Shown piece after piece: positions 37,693-46,861 of a stretch of 64,000 bases of DNA (position 1 is its first letter; each line of letters opens with the position of its first letter). Source of the DNA: a virus. The notes beneath the pieces were generated by a model, which was given only the letters and a program-made list of their open reading frames with translations, was not told where the DNA came from and searched no databases. The DNA lies in IMG/VR virus record IMGVR_UViG_3300010397_000006, positions 7,471 through 71,470 of that record. One strand, 5' to 3'. The position numbers and the translations under genes are program-made.

Positions 37693-39001
37693 ATTGACCT
37701 ATAAACTCTCTGATTGTCGCAATCATATAATCCATCCTCGGTTCGTCAATCTGCGGACTTACGCCTATCCAGAATGTTCCATTCGAGATTAGGTCACTAT
37801 TCAGGAGCGTCCCGAAAACCTTGTGGGGAATGTGGTGGAAAGCGGGCTGGTGTAGGAGATTGCCCCCGAACAGCATCCGTGTCCCAATCTGGTGATTTTC
37901 CAGATATTGCGTTATCTCGCGCCGCGTGAATGGCGCAGTAGTCTTGACTGTCAAGTGGAACCCGAACCAAGAGGGGTCGGCGTTGGGGAGGGCTTCGGGC
38001 AAGATGAAGAACTTGTGGTATTCGTCAAGGGCTTCCCGCAGTCGTTTCCAGTTCAGTTTCCGTTGTTCTTCAAACTGCTTGAGTTTCCCCAACTGGGCTA
38101 CGCCAATGGCGGACTGCAAATCGGTAATCTGCAAGTTGTAACCAAGTCTACCGAAGATATATTTATGGTCGTATTCAATGTCTTTCCCGATACAGTAGTC
38201 GAAGCGTTTGCCGCAGGTGTTGTTCTGCCCAGGCAGACACCAGCAGTCGCGCCCCCACGCGTGTAAACTATCCAGAACCTTCTTGATGAGTCCGTCATTC
38301 GTGAAGACCGCTCCTCCCTGCCCTGCGTTGATGTGATGGGCGGGGAAGAACGAAGTGAAACTCATTGTCCCCTGCGTCCCAACCAACTGCCCGTTGTAGC
38401 GGGAGCCAAGTGCATCGGCGCAATCCTCGATTAACCACAGTCCATACTCATTGCAGATGTCTCGGATGGTGTCGATGTCGAACGGGGAGCCGAGGGTGTG
38501 GGCAAGGATAATGCCTTTGGTCTTTCCTTCCACTACTGCCTGTTCGATTAGATCTGTGTCGGGCGTCAGGGTCTTGGGGTCTAAGTCCACGAAGACGGGA
38601 GTTATTCTGTTTTGGACGAGGGTGGAAACGGTGGTCGGGAAACCAACGGCGGCAGTGATGAACTCATCCCCCGGCTTCACCCGCCTGTCCCCGAACTCCC
38701 TCTGTGTGGTCGCTGTGACCGCGAGGAGAGATGCACTTGACCCCGAATTGACAAGGGTACAGAAGCGTATGTTCAAAAATTCTCTAAGTCCTCTGGAAAA
38801 CTTCTTCGAGTACTCCCCCTCCGTCACCCACCCCGAAAGGACTGCTTCGATGACGTTGTTCACTTCCTCCGCCCCAAGCGTGGAGCCGGAGGCGGGGATG
38901 AAGGTTTCGCCGGGGATAAAGGTGGTGTTTAGTCTTTTTTTGCTACTCAACGTAGCGAGAGCTAGTATCTGCTCTTTTAGTTCTTCTCTGCCATCAGTCA
39001 T
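37676..39001 (-). CDS. rfbH: NDP-4-keto-6-deoxyglucose 3-dehydrase (E1/DdhC/RfbH)
   Basis: NSGSSA, EDCADALG, SFFPAHH (His in place of Lys), WGRDCWC..NTCGKRF Fe-S motif, YDHKY, GTRMLFGGN. Confidence 0.9.
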   Translation of the reverse strand: MTDGREELKEQILALATLSSKKRLNTTFIPGETFIPASGSTLGAEEVNNVIEAVLSGWVTEGEYSKKFSRGLREFLNIRFCTLVNSGSSASLLAVTATTQREFGDRRVKPGDEFITAAVGFPTTVSTLVQNRITPVFVDLDPKTLTPDTDLIEQAVVEGKTKGIILAHTLGSPFDIDTIRDICNEYGLWLIEDCADALGSRYNGQLVGTQGTMSFTSFFPAHHINAGQGGAVFTNDGLIKKVLDSLHAWGRDCWCLPGQNNTCGKRFDYCIGKDIEYDHKYIFGRLGYNLQITDLQSAIGVAQLGKLKQFEEQRKLNWKRLREALDEYHKFFILPEALPNADPSWFGFHLTVKTTAPFTRREITQYLENHQIGTRMLFGGNLLHQPAFHHIPHKVFGTLLNSDLISNGTFWIGVSPQIDEPRMDYMIATIREFIGQYARLD

Positions 39002-39437
39002 CTTCTCCTAGTGTTGTCAGTAGCGCCGCGCGGCAAATGGCGAGAGGTAAAGGACATATACCTGAATATTTCCCGCTACCGTACTTTGTTCCAAAGTCGT
39101 CCCATACAAACGAGAACATTACATAAGAACCAGTTGCTTTATTGAAATCGGTACGCGGGGGTTGGTAGTCAAATTGAACTCTCCAAAAATGGGGCATACT
39201 TGCGAGTTTTTCAACTACTTCCCACGCGGCGGAAATGTCAACAGATGGATTGAATTTTTTGCAAGCAGGATGATTATTTGTTTCTTCTTGTTCAAACAAT
39301 CCCCATCCCGTGTCTTCGTAACTTGGCTTACTCAACCAATAGGCTTCTGGGTCAGAAGACCACCCCATCACCTTCTCGGCAACCAAAGCGTCTGTATGTA
39401 CGCCTTCTTCTAGGTTAAGGATTTCGTCTCTTGTCAT
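38994..39437 (-). CDS. phage ABA-sandwich-like protein
   Basis: DALVAEKVMGW, FNPSVDISAAWEVVEK, PLAICRAAL. Confidence 0.65.
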   Translation of the reverse strand: MTRDEILNLEEGVHTDALVAEKVMGWSSDPEAYWLSKPSYEDTGWGLFEQEETNNHPACKKFNPSVDISAAWEVVEKLASMPHFWRVQFDYQPPRTDFNKATGSYVMFSFVWDDFGTKYGSGKYSGICPLPLAICRAALLTTLGEDD

Positions 39438-40308
39438 TCTTTACTCCGAGGTACTTTTCAAGTCCTTTGTCCAGTGACGGTACAGTAAGTGCCACTGCTT
39501 CCAAGTTCTTGCAATCCAGACAGCCGTTCTTGGGGCGGTTCGCCAACTGGTGCATGTCCTCGGTTTTCACGCCCACGATTAACTCATGAGGTTTCTTGCA
39601 ACCGAGTTTGTAGGCAATGCTTACCGCCCACTCGTACTTACTGACACACTTGTTTCCGGCAACGTGGAAGATTTCGCCACCGTAGCGGTTGGCGAGGTGG
39701 ACGGAGACTCTGGCGAGGTCGTTAGACCAGACGGGATTCATGGTCTGGTCACTTGGAACACATATCTTTCTATTCTCTTTTACAGCCCGCCGCACCTGAT
39801 CTACGAAGTTCTTGGGACTGCCTTCTTTCCCGAACACCCCAACGGTACGGATAATCAGGTATTGGAGGTTTTCCTTTTTCAAGATTTCCCGTTCGATCAT
39901 TTCCTTCTGCCTGCCGTACCTGTTAACGGGAAAGGTTTCGTCGCGCGGCTTGTAGGGGACTTGACTTGTCCCCTCGAACACGTAGGAACTTGAGAAGAAG
40001 ATGACCTGGGCATCATACAAAGCTGATTCTGAAATCAGTCTGGAAATCCCAAACAGGTTTACTTTGTCGGTAACATCCTTCTCGCACTCGTCCACGTTGG
40101 GGTTGGCGCAGGCGATGAAAACTCTTTTGGGTTTGTGTTCGGTAAAGAATTTCTCGACGTTCTCTTTGTTGGTAATGTCAAGCCACTCGTAACAGCGACC
40201 TTCGATGAGATTGTCTTTGGCGTTGTGGAACGTCCCTACCGCGTCCGAGAGGTAACGCATGAGGGCGGAGCCAACGAGTCCATTCGCGCCAAAGACGACG
40301 GTGTTCAC
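39415..40308 (-). CDS. RmlD-like NDP-4-keto-sugar reductase
   Basis: GANGLVG, NVDECE, SSSYVF, YGRQK, DQTMNP. Confidence 0.88.
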   Translation of the reverse strand: MNTVVFGANGLVGSALMRYLSDAVGTFHNAKDNLIEGRCYEWLDITNKENVEKFFTEHKPKRVFIACANPNVDECEKDVTDKVNLFGISRLISESALYDAQVIFFSSSYVFEGTSQVPYKPRDETFPVNRYGRQKEMIEREILKKENLQYLIIRTVGVFGKEGSPKNFVDQVRRAVKENRKICVPSDQTMNPVWSNDLARVSVHLANRYGGEIFHVAGNKCVSKYEWAVSIAYKLGCKKPHELIVGVKTEDMHQLANRPKNGCLDCKNLEAVALTVPSLDKGLEKYLGVKNDKRRNP

Positions 40309-40517
40309 TTCTTCTTCCTCTTACCTAAATGTTGTTGACGATACTTGGCAGGGGGAATATCCGCTTTAGCTGGCAACCAGACGGGGTTGACGATGTGGCG
40401 GCAGGATTTATGTGTAGCACCCACAACGCGCTTCTTGTCTCTGTTTTCGATGTAGTGCGAAGAAGGTTTTGGAAACATTGCCTTCAATTCGCTGAGGGGC
40501 ATTTTGTATTCGTTCAT
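40305..40517 (-). CDS. hypothetical basic protein
   Basis: ATGA overlap. Confidence 0.45.
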   Translation of the reverse strand: MNEYKMPLSELKAMFPKPSSHYIENRDKKRVVGATHKSCRHIVNPVWLPAKADIPPAKYRQQHLGKRKKK

Positions 40518-40831
40518 TCCGTTGAACCATCCGCGTGGTGTCCAGTTTCCACCAGAGAAGCACAGCAAACAATTCTTCCCATGTTAGTAGATTGGAACTT
40601 TCGATACGCTTCAAAGTTGTATACATTCGCAATACCGCCACAGGTGCATACAAGGGTCGCCCCGTAGTAGAAGTTTTGGCGGTAGACAAAGTGGTTATAC
40701 GTATCGAGTGTCCGAAATCGGTCATGCTCAGACGGTATCCAGATTTGCTCCTCGCGCTCAATGGTTGCACCGTTGAGGTTAGCGCGCTTGGCTCTGCCGT
40801 AGACCTTAATTACTCTGGGAGATGCGCTCAT
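40514..40831 (-). CDS. hypothetical Cys/His protein
   Basis: GGAGGT SD; CTCGG...CC...HHAD. Confidence 0.6.
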   Translation of the reverse strand: MSASPRVIKVYGRAKRANLNGATIEREEQIWIPSEHDRFRTLDTYNHFVYRQNFYYGATLVCTCGGIANVYNFEAYRKFQSTNMGRIVCCASLVETGHHADGSTE

Positions 40832-41022
40832 TTGATTACCACCTCCGCATAGATTTCCTTGACCTCGACCATCTCGTCGGTGTCCTTGAGGGGAACGTCC
40901 TCGCGCAGGGGCATCTTGTCCGATATGACGATGAAATGCTTCAAGGTGTGGAAATTGGAGAAGTGCTTGAGAGCAGTGACTTCAAACGCTCGTCTAATAG
41001 GCTTCTTGGTGTTCATAGTCAT
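40828..41022 (-). CDS. hypothetical protein
   Basis: overlap packing. Confidence 0.5.
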   Translation of the reverse strand: MTMNTKKPIRRAFEVTALKHFSNFHTLKHFIVISDKMPLREDVPLKDTDEMVEVKEIYAEVVIK

Positions 41023-41236
41023 AGTTCCTCTTTTCTATTTTCCCGTATGTCTTGAACTGTGAGCAGTGATCGGATGTCTTGCACATGCCTGTCTCGAAGG
41101 TCTTAGTCGAACCAAAGGTGTTCTTGTAGACATGCTCGCGCAGGGCGTGACCGCAGACGCAGGACAAGTCCAGCATTTTCTTCTTGTCCTGTTCGTTCTC
41201 GATAATTACAAACTTTCCACTTTGTCTTACTTTCAT
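40994..41236 (-). CDS. small Zn-binding protein
   Basis: CVCGH...H...C...C. Confidence 0.5.
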   Translation of the reverse strand: MKVRQSGKFVIIENEQDKKKMLDLSCVCGHALREHVYKNTFGSTKTFETGMCKTSDHCSQFKTYGKIEKRNYDYEHQEAY

Positions 41237-41237
41237 A

Positions 41238-42377
41238 CTAAAAACCGCACTCTCTAAGGATTTTCTCAACCCTTACATCATACGTTTCGTTCCGTATTTT
41301 CTTGTAGCCGTTCCGGGCAATTCTCTCAAGTTCTTCTGGATTGTTCTTGAGGTATAAAACTTTCTCAATCCCCTCGTCCATCCCCGTAAAGCCCACGTAG
41401 TCCTCGCCCTCCGTCAGGAATAGGTGGGCATCGGGGACACGGTTGGAGACCATTGCCAGCCCGTAGGCGGGGGTTTCAAAAAACCTTGCATTTAAATCAT
41501 TCAGAGTAGACCAATTCAATCCGATGCGGGCGCGGTTCGCAAGTTCTCTGGCTTCATCGAACACGACCCCCAGTTTGTGTTCCACAGAAACACCGTGTTT
41601 TCTCAGTTCACTCACCCACTGAACGCGCTCCTGATAGATGTTTCCGATCAACACGGCGTCGAGGTCTTTATACGGGTCGCCAGTGTATCGGTCTACTCCA
41701 CTCCCGTCTTCTCTCGTAACCCCCTTGAACACAGCGGGGACATATCTCTCTTGTGGATAATGGACTGTGGGGTCGTAGGCGTAAGGAAGGTAGATGTCTT
41801 TGTCCTGCGAGTAGCACTTCTGCATGTTGAAGAACTTATCCGACACCCGCCGCGCGTGGGAGTAATCGAGAACATGGGGGTCAGTCCCCACCGTGACCAC
41901 GTACCCATCCTGCGGTTTGCTTGCCCAGTTGACGCCCGCGTCGATGGCGACAACCAAATCAGGTTTCCAGTTCCCAATTTCCTTCTCGATTTTTGACTTT
42001 ATAAATTCATAATTCACTGTCGAAACATTGGGAGGGAATGGCAGAGTAATGGTTGGCTCTGTTGCATATTTTATAGGAAGCGTCATGCCGGAGGGGTTCT
42101 GGGCGTCTGTCCACGGAATCCACGCTCCGGTGTAGGAACCTACCGTAACGAGGTCGATGTCGGGGTTTCGGCGCATAGCGCGCTCGAAGTACCTGCTCAT
42201 ACTTAATGGGTACCAGATAGAGAGACAAAGCACTTTGACTCTGTTGGGAGAACGCCTGCGCGCTTCTTCCTCTAGGTCAGCCTGTGCCAACATGAACTGC
42301 AACTCTTTCAAGTCGTCAAGGTTCAAGACGTGGGGTTCTTCTTCTTCAAGGGATTGGGGGAGTAGGGATGTCAGCAT
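41238..42377 (-). CDS. glycosyltransferase (CgeB / Glyco_trans_1_2-like)
   Basis: YLPYAYDP, RIGLN, DLNARFFE, ELERIARNG. Confidence 0.85.
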   Translation of the reverse strand: MLTSLLPQSLEEEEPHVLNLDDLKELQFMLAQADLEEEARRRSPNRVKVLCLSIWYPLSMSRYFERAMRRNPDIDLVTVGSYTGAWIPWTDAQNPSGMTLPIKYATEPTITLPFPPNVSTVNYEFIKSKIEKEIGNWKPDLVVAIDAGVNWASKPQDGYVVTVGTDPHVLDYSHARRVSDKFFNMQKCYSQDKDIYLPYAYDPTVHYPQERYVPAVFKGVTREDGSGVDRYTGDPYKDLDAVLIGNIYQERVQWVSELRKHGVSVEHKLGVVFDEARELANRARIGLNWSTLNDLNARFFETPAYGLAMVSNRVPDAHLFLTEGEDYVGFTGMDEGIEKVLYLKNNPEELERIARNGYKKIRNETYDVRVEKILRECGF

Positions 42378-42678
42378 TTTCTATTTCTTTTTGGAAGGCG
42401 AAAAATATTTCCTGTAACTTGAGAAAATCATTCATAATGTCTGCGATGTTTTCCATCGCGTCTTCGTTCAGGTCTTTCAGTTCATCGCTAACCACATCGA
42501 CCACTACTTTTTGCTCGAACAAAGCAGGGTACATGGTGATGGCGTCGATGTGCTGGCGGGAGATTTTCGAGTGGCGCGCTACAATCTTTACCAGCCTGTC
42601 GAGGTGGGTATCGAAGATGGGCTTGAACTCGGAAAACTGGTCTAGGCTTGTTTGTGTTGTTCCGGTTGGAGTATCCAT
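42346..42678 (-). CDS. hypothetical protein
   Basis: 110-aa ORF. Confidence 0.55.
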   Translation of the reverse strand: MDTPTGTTQTSLDQFSEFKPIFDTHLDRLVKIVARHSKISRQHIDAITMYPALFEQKVVVDVVSDELKDLNEDAMENIADIMNDFLKLQEIFFAFQKEIENADIPTPPIP

Positions 42679-42679
42679 T

Positions 42680-43165
42680 TTATTTCAGCCATGCCCAAGA
42701 TTCGTAGTTCAATATTTGTCTAACATATCTATCGTTGACTCTGTAAATCTCGGATAGTTTCCTGCTTCCTACTCCTTCTTTGTGTGATTTCCTCATTTCG
42801 ATAACCTGAGATTCGGTTAGTTTTGCGTTTGGTTTTTTGCTCCCTCTAGTCTTGTGTCCACCACCACGACCTTTTCTATCCCTGTCCTCGGCATTTTCTT
42901 TGGCAGTTCCTAAAAACAAGTGGTCAGGGTTTACACATATTCGATTATCGCAATGATGGCAAACTTGTAGTCCATTCGGGATTTCCCCTCTGTAGAGAGT
43001 GTACGATAGTCGATGAACAAGAACTCTTGAATGGTCTGGCATAATCATTCTTGCATAACCAGATAAATCGACGTGTTGCATCCATTCCCAACACCCGTTG
43101 TCAGGGTTTTTATAAATAGACTTTAATAATCTTTCTAAGGGAGGTTGCGCTGGCTTGTGACCCAT
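42680..43165 (-). CDS. HNH endonuclease
   Basis: [30 protein letters not shown]. Confidence 0.88.
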   Translation of the reverse strand: MGHKPAQPPLERLLKSIYKNPDNGCWEWMQHVDLSGYARMIMPDHSRVLVHRLSYTLYRGEIPNGLQVCHHCDNRICVNPDHLFLGTAKENAEDRDRKGRGGGHKTRGSKKPNAKLTESQVIEMRKSHKEGVGSRKLSEIYRVNDRYVRQILNYESWAWLK

Positions 43166-43806
43166 TTTTCCTCAAACTTCTTTTTGTTTGCTCTTGTTAT
43201 TTTCTCTCGTTCTTCACCGTATTTGATTGTGCCGCCGCCCAAGTGACGTATCTTGGGGCTGTTCAACGGAATGAGGGCGTAGCCTTTCTCGCGGGCGGTT
43301 GTCGAGATGTCCACATCTTCCATATCTGAGGGGCAAAAGCGTTCGTCAAATCCGCCGAGGTCTTTCCATGCCGACTTCGTACAGCACAGCAACCACCCCT
43401 CCAAGTATCCAAATACCTTGCCGTCGAAAGTGTTCCATCCGGTGTCCTGAGTGTAGAGAACTCCGCCGATCAACGCTTCGGGGTTGAGAGCCAATGTCTC
43501 ACGAACGACCTTCGCCAAATCTTCCTCGATGCGAACGTCGGAGGAAATCAGGCAGACAATATCCCCTGTGGCTTTGGAGATACCGTAATTGGAGGCTTTC
43601 AGGAAGCCGAGGTTTTCGAGGGGGCGCAGTAGCTTGACGTTGAAATTGTTTTCCCACCACGAAATCCCGTCCAGAGTATCCTTGTCATTGGAGCAATCGT
43701 CCACGACAATAATTTCGTCAGGCGTACAGTTGTCGCGAATGTCGATAAGCAGTTGGTTTATCAACGGGAAGTGGTTGTAGATGGGAATGACGAAACTAAC
43801 TTTCAT
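43135..43806 (-). CDS. glycosyltransferase family 2
   Basis: [30 protein letters not shown]. Confidence 0.9.
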   Translation of the reverse strand: MKVSFVIPIYNHFPLINQLLIDIRDNCTPDEIIVVDDCSNDKDTLDGISWWENNFNVKLLRPLENLGFLKASNYGISKATGDIVCLISSDVRIEEDLAKVVRETLALNPEALIGGVLYTQDTGWNTFDGKVFGYLEGWLLCCTKSAWKDLGGFDERFCPSDMEDVDISTTAREKGYALIPLNSPKIRHLGGGTIKYGEEREKITRANKKKFEEKWVTSQRNLP

Positions 43807-44668
43807 CTTTCATCCTCTTTATCCCCCCTCGGTAGTTGAAACTGGGGAAGCCAAGTTTCTGCGAGAGTCTTATGTCCAAGCCTGCGTTGTGGGGACGCTT
43901 GGCGGAAGGAAACACTCTATCTTCACCGTTGACGTTCACAACTACGGAGATTTCCTTTTCCTTGTTCCTGCCCTTTATTGCCTTCTTGTTGTACCCGAAC
44001 TGCCTTGCAACTTCCACCCAGAAGTCGTAGTACGAAACTACCTCACTTCCGGCTAAGTGTAGTACATCGGGCATGGAGTGAAACTCTTTGCAGTACTTGG
44101 AGACAAGGTAAACGAAATCGTCCCGATGGATGAAAGACCTTTTTAGGAACTTAGGAGCGTCTATTGGAACCCCGTGTTTCAAGTCCTCAAGTCTGTCCGA
44201 GAGTCTCTCTTTGCTAAAAACAAAGGAGGAGCGAATGACTTTCAGCCTGCTTCTGTTGACGTTGAGAGAGAGGGCGCAAAACTCGGCGGCGGCTTTCTGG
44301 GAACCGTAACTGTTGACGGCAGGCGTCATCTTGGAGTCCTCTGCGTGTCTGTTCCAGATCGACTCCCACCACCCGCCGCCCCAGACCTGCGAGGAGGACA
44401 GGAGGACGGCGGGTATCGAGTTCTTGGCACAGTTCTCCATGACGTTGTACGTCCCCCTGACGTTGGCTTTCATGGCGACTTCAAAGTTAGACTCGCATTT
44501 ATCGGGGTCGGAAACGCCTGCCAGATGCAGGACGAGTTCTGGTTTGGCGCACAGGATTTCACGCTCCACCGCTTCGTAATCAGTGACATTGACTTCCAAA
44601 GGCTTACAGCCAGCCTTCACGAAAGCCCTGCCTAAGTATCCTTTTGCGCCAGTACAGTAGACGTTCAT
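43796..44668 (-). CDS. RmlD-like / NAD-dependent sugar epimerase-reductase
   Basis: TGAKGYLG, HLAG, YGSQK. Confidence 0.85.
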   Translation of the reverse strand: MNVYCTGAKGYLGRAFVKAGCKPLEVNVTDYEAVEREILCAKPELVLHLAGVSDPDKCESNFEVAMKANVRGTYNVMENCAKNSIPAVLLSSSQVWGGGWWESIWNRHAEDSKMTPAVNSYGSQKAAAEFCALSLNVNRSRLKVIRSSFVFSKERLSDRLEDLKHGVPIDAPKFLKRSFIHRDDFVYLVSKYCKEFHSMPDVLHLAGSEVVSYYDFWVEVARQFGYNKKAIKGRNKEKEISVVVNVNGEDRVFPSAKRPHNAGLDIRLSQKLGFPSFNYRGGIKRMKDES

Positions 44669-44814
44669 TTCTTATCCTGTTTTTTTTCTTCAAGGTCAAT
44701 GACGCGAAAAGTGGCTGACATTCCTATACAAAATGCGGCATTATCTATTTCATTACGAATAATCAAAAGATATATAGCCGCACAAAAAAACAGGAAGGCA
44801 ATGAATTTGTTCAT
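44665..44814 (-). CDS. small membrane protein
   Basis: hydrophobic 49-aa ORF. Confidence 0.4.
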   Translation of the reverse strand: MNKFIAFLFFCAAIYLLIIRNEIDNAAFCIGMSATFRVIDLEEKKQDKK

Positions 44815-44831
44815 TCTTCTCGTTTCTTGGG

Positions 44832-45164
44832 TTAGGCGATTGACCGAACGCCCTTTTTCTTGGCAAGGTAGGCAAACCCGATCAGCACAACAGAAACCTC
44901 CACAATAAGTTGCATGACGAGGAGGAGAACAGAGTCCCAGGTGGCGGGGATTTTGTCGAGTTGCGACTGGATGATTTGCACGATGATTCCCGTCAGCCAC
45001 GTAATCACGGCGACACGATGTTGTCCGAGGTATTCAGCCAGCCAGGGGGCGGCAGTGGTCAGGTAATTGATTGCGAGGGCGACCACAAAGGTAACGGCAA
45101 GGGCGATGAGTTGTTGAAGGCGGGGATCGAGTTGAACAAAGGCAGTGGAAACAGTTTGAAGCAT
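44832..45164 (-). CDS. 3-TM membrane protein (holin-like)
   Basis: three hydrophobic helices, basic C-terminus, AAGGAG SD. Confidence 0.6.
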   Translation of the reverse strand: MLQTVSTAFVQLDPRLQQLIALAVTFVVALAINYLTTAAPWLAEYLGQHRVAVITWLTGIIVQIIQSQLDKIPATWDSVLLLVMQLIVEVSVVLIGFAYLAKKKGVRSIA

Positions 45165-45173
45165 GGGTTCTCC

Positions 45174-45374
45174 TTATGGAAGGTTCTTCTCGGCATAAGC
45201 AAGCGTCTTTTCCAGATCGGTGTAGACGACAGCCCAAAACCGAGTTTTTGCGGACTTCGGTTCTTTGTTCTTGTTTTCTTCTGCGGTCTTCATGAGGTTG
45301 GAGAGTTCAGCCAAGAAGTTCTTGGTCAAGATAGGTTCCTGATAATCGTTAATGTCTTTCTGTATTTCGTCCAT
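45174..45374 (-). CDS. hypothetical protein
   Basis: AAGGAG SD. Confidence 0.55.
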   Translation of the reverse strand: MDEIQKDINDYQEPILTKNFLAELSNLMKTAEENKNKEPKSAKTRFWAVVYTDLEKTLAYAEKNLP

Positions 45375-45383
45375 TTTTTCTCC

Positions 45384-45665
45384 TTAACGCGGTCTGTCCC
45401 CAGTCTCGAATATGGAAACATCGAGGACTGAGGCGAGTTTAAATAGTTGCTTGTATGCTCCCCCGTTGCAGTCGCAACCCTTCACTTTGTTTTGTGGTGA
45501 ATTTAGAATCTTTTCGTAATCATCTTCCCCCACCCATGCAATCCAGACGTTGTGCTGGATGGAAGCCACATACACCGTCCCGTCCACCTGGACAGGGCGA
45601 GGAATATTGCTTCCTATTTGCCTGAGCGCGACCTTACCGTCGCGTCTAACTAGTTCGTCATTCAA
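45384..45665 (-). CDS. hypothetical protein
   Basis: TTG start; GCDC motif. Confidence 0.55.
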   Translation of the reverse strand: MNDELVRRDGKVALRQIGSNIPRPVQVDGTVYVASIQHNVWIAWVGEDDYEKILNSPQNKVKGCDCNGGAYKQLFKLASVLDVSIFETGDRPR

Positions 45666-45763
45666 TTGTGTTTCGGCTTCGCAAAGAATTTCAGGGCAGA
45701 GTTGCCTTGATTAGCGAACTCTAACACAGGGTTAGAGAAACTGTCAAGACTTTAATGTTGTTG

Positions 45764-46024
45764 TTATTTTTGGTGGACGACTGCTTTTGCGCGCCTCAGC
45801 CCCTCGCACAAGTCGTATGCATTGATCTTGAGTGTTCTTGATGCGAGTTCCAACGAAGTCTTCTCCATGTCGAACTCCCCCTCCAGGTGGAAGGTGAAGA
45901 AGCGTTCGTCATCTCTGCGCTCCACGCCTACTACTTTTGCGCCCAGAGCCAGGGCGACGGCGAACTCGTCAAGACTTCGTGTTCTATAGGTAAACACCTT
46001 TTGTTCTTCTACTTTCGTGTCCAT
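45764..46024 (-). CDS. hypothetical small phage protein
   Basis: AAAGGA SD. Confidence 0.55.
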   Translation of the reverse strand: MDTKVEEQKVFTYRTRSLDEFAVALALGAKVVGVERRDDERFFTFHLEGEFDMEKTSLELASRTLKINAYDLCEGLRRAKAVVHQK

Positions 46025-46115
46025 AGAATTTCCTTTCTATGGTTAATTCTATTCTTTTACCTACACGTAAGCAAAGGTGATTTGTGGTAAAATAGAACAA
46101 ATGCAGTAAAAATAC

Positions 46116-46169
46116 TCCTGCGGTGAGGAAACACCCAGGAGCGTGACCAAATCTAATAAGGAGATTTGA
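46116..46169 (+). promoter_or_regulatory. structured leader sequestering the SD of the HNH-AP2 gene
   Basis: CTCCTG-cGGTG-aggaaa-CACC-CAGGAG hairpin, then CAAATCT-aataagg-AGATTTG covering AAGGAG. Confidence 0.6.
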
Positions 46170-46170
46170 T

Positions 46171-46641
46171 ATGAAAAGTATACCACTTACACAGGGGGGA
46201 TTTGCTCTCGTTGACGACGAGGATTACGAATACCTAAATCAATGGAAATGGAGTTGCACCAAAGATGGTTATGCTATAAGAGGAACTTCCGTAAAAGGGA
46301 AGAAGACTTGCTTATATATGCACAGAGTCATAATGAACGCACCAAAAGGACTACAGGTTGACCACATAGATTCAAACAGGATAAATAATCAAAAGAAAAA
46401 CCTTAGACTGTGTACTGGAAATCAAAACAGGATGCACCGTGGTTTACGACGAGATAATAAAAGCGGATATATTGGTGTAAAAAAATATAAAAGAAAAAGA
46501 CAGTGGGCGGCTATTCTGACTTTAATGGGAAAACCTGTGTATATTGAGTACTTTGATTCCCCCGAAGAAGCCGCCCGCGCGCGAGATAAAGAAGCAAAAA
46601 AATATAGGGGGGAATTTGCTAAATTAAATTTTCCCGACTAA
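46171..46641 (+). CDS. HNH endonuclease with C-terminal AP2 domain
   Basis: IPLTQG..ALVDDED, MHRVIM, VDHID..N...NLR, SGYIGV, EEAARARD, AKLNF. Confidence 0.9.
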   Translation: MKSIPLTQGGFALVDDEDYEYLNQWKWSCTKDGYAIRGTSVKGKKTCLYMHRVIMNAPKGLQVDHIDSNRINNQKKNLRLCTGNQNRMHRGLRRDNKSGYIGVKKYKRKRQWAAILTLMGKPVYIEYFDSPEEAARARDKEAKKYRGEFAKLNFPD

Positions 46642-46696
46642 TACACAGTACTTGTTTTCATGTGCGGGCGGGGGTATAGTGAAGGTGGAGGTACGC

Positions 46697-46828
46697 ATGA
46701 ACATAAATGTCGGAAAGGTCGCCGTACTATGCTTAGTATGGGCGTTCTTCATAGGGATGGTGGGCTTAGGAGTAACAGTCCCCACCCTCCTGCTTATCAT
46801 AGGAAGCATCCTGTATCTGTTGACCTAA
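46697..46828 (+). CDS. small membrane protein
   Basis: GGAGG SD; 43 aa hydrophobic (MNINVGKVAVLCLVWAFF...); below the ORF-track cutoff. Confidence 0.5.
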   Translation: MNINVGKVAVLCLVWAFFIGMVGLGVTVPTLLLIIGSILYLLT

Positions 46829-46835
46829 GAGAACA

Positions 46836-46861
46836 AAACTCCCCGTGAAAACGGGGAGTTT
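46836..46861. terminator. bidirectional rho-independent terminator
   Basis: AAACTCCCCGT-GAAA-ACGGGGAGTTT between convergent units. Confidence 0.8.

Noticed and set aside
32418-44668. Host O-antigen locus / chimeric assembly
   Set aside because: The sugar genes overlap and interleave with phage-type genes and carry the phage-wide palindrome (33217, 41587); no wzx/wzy.
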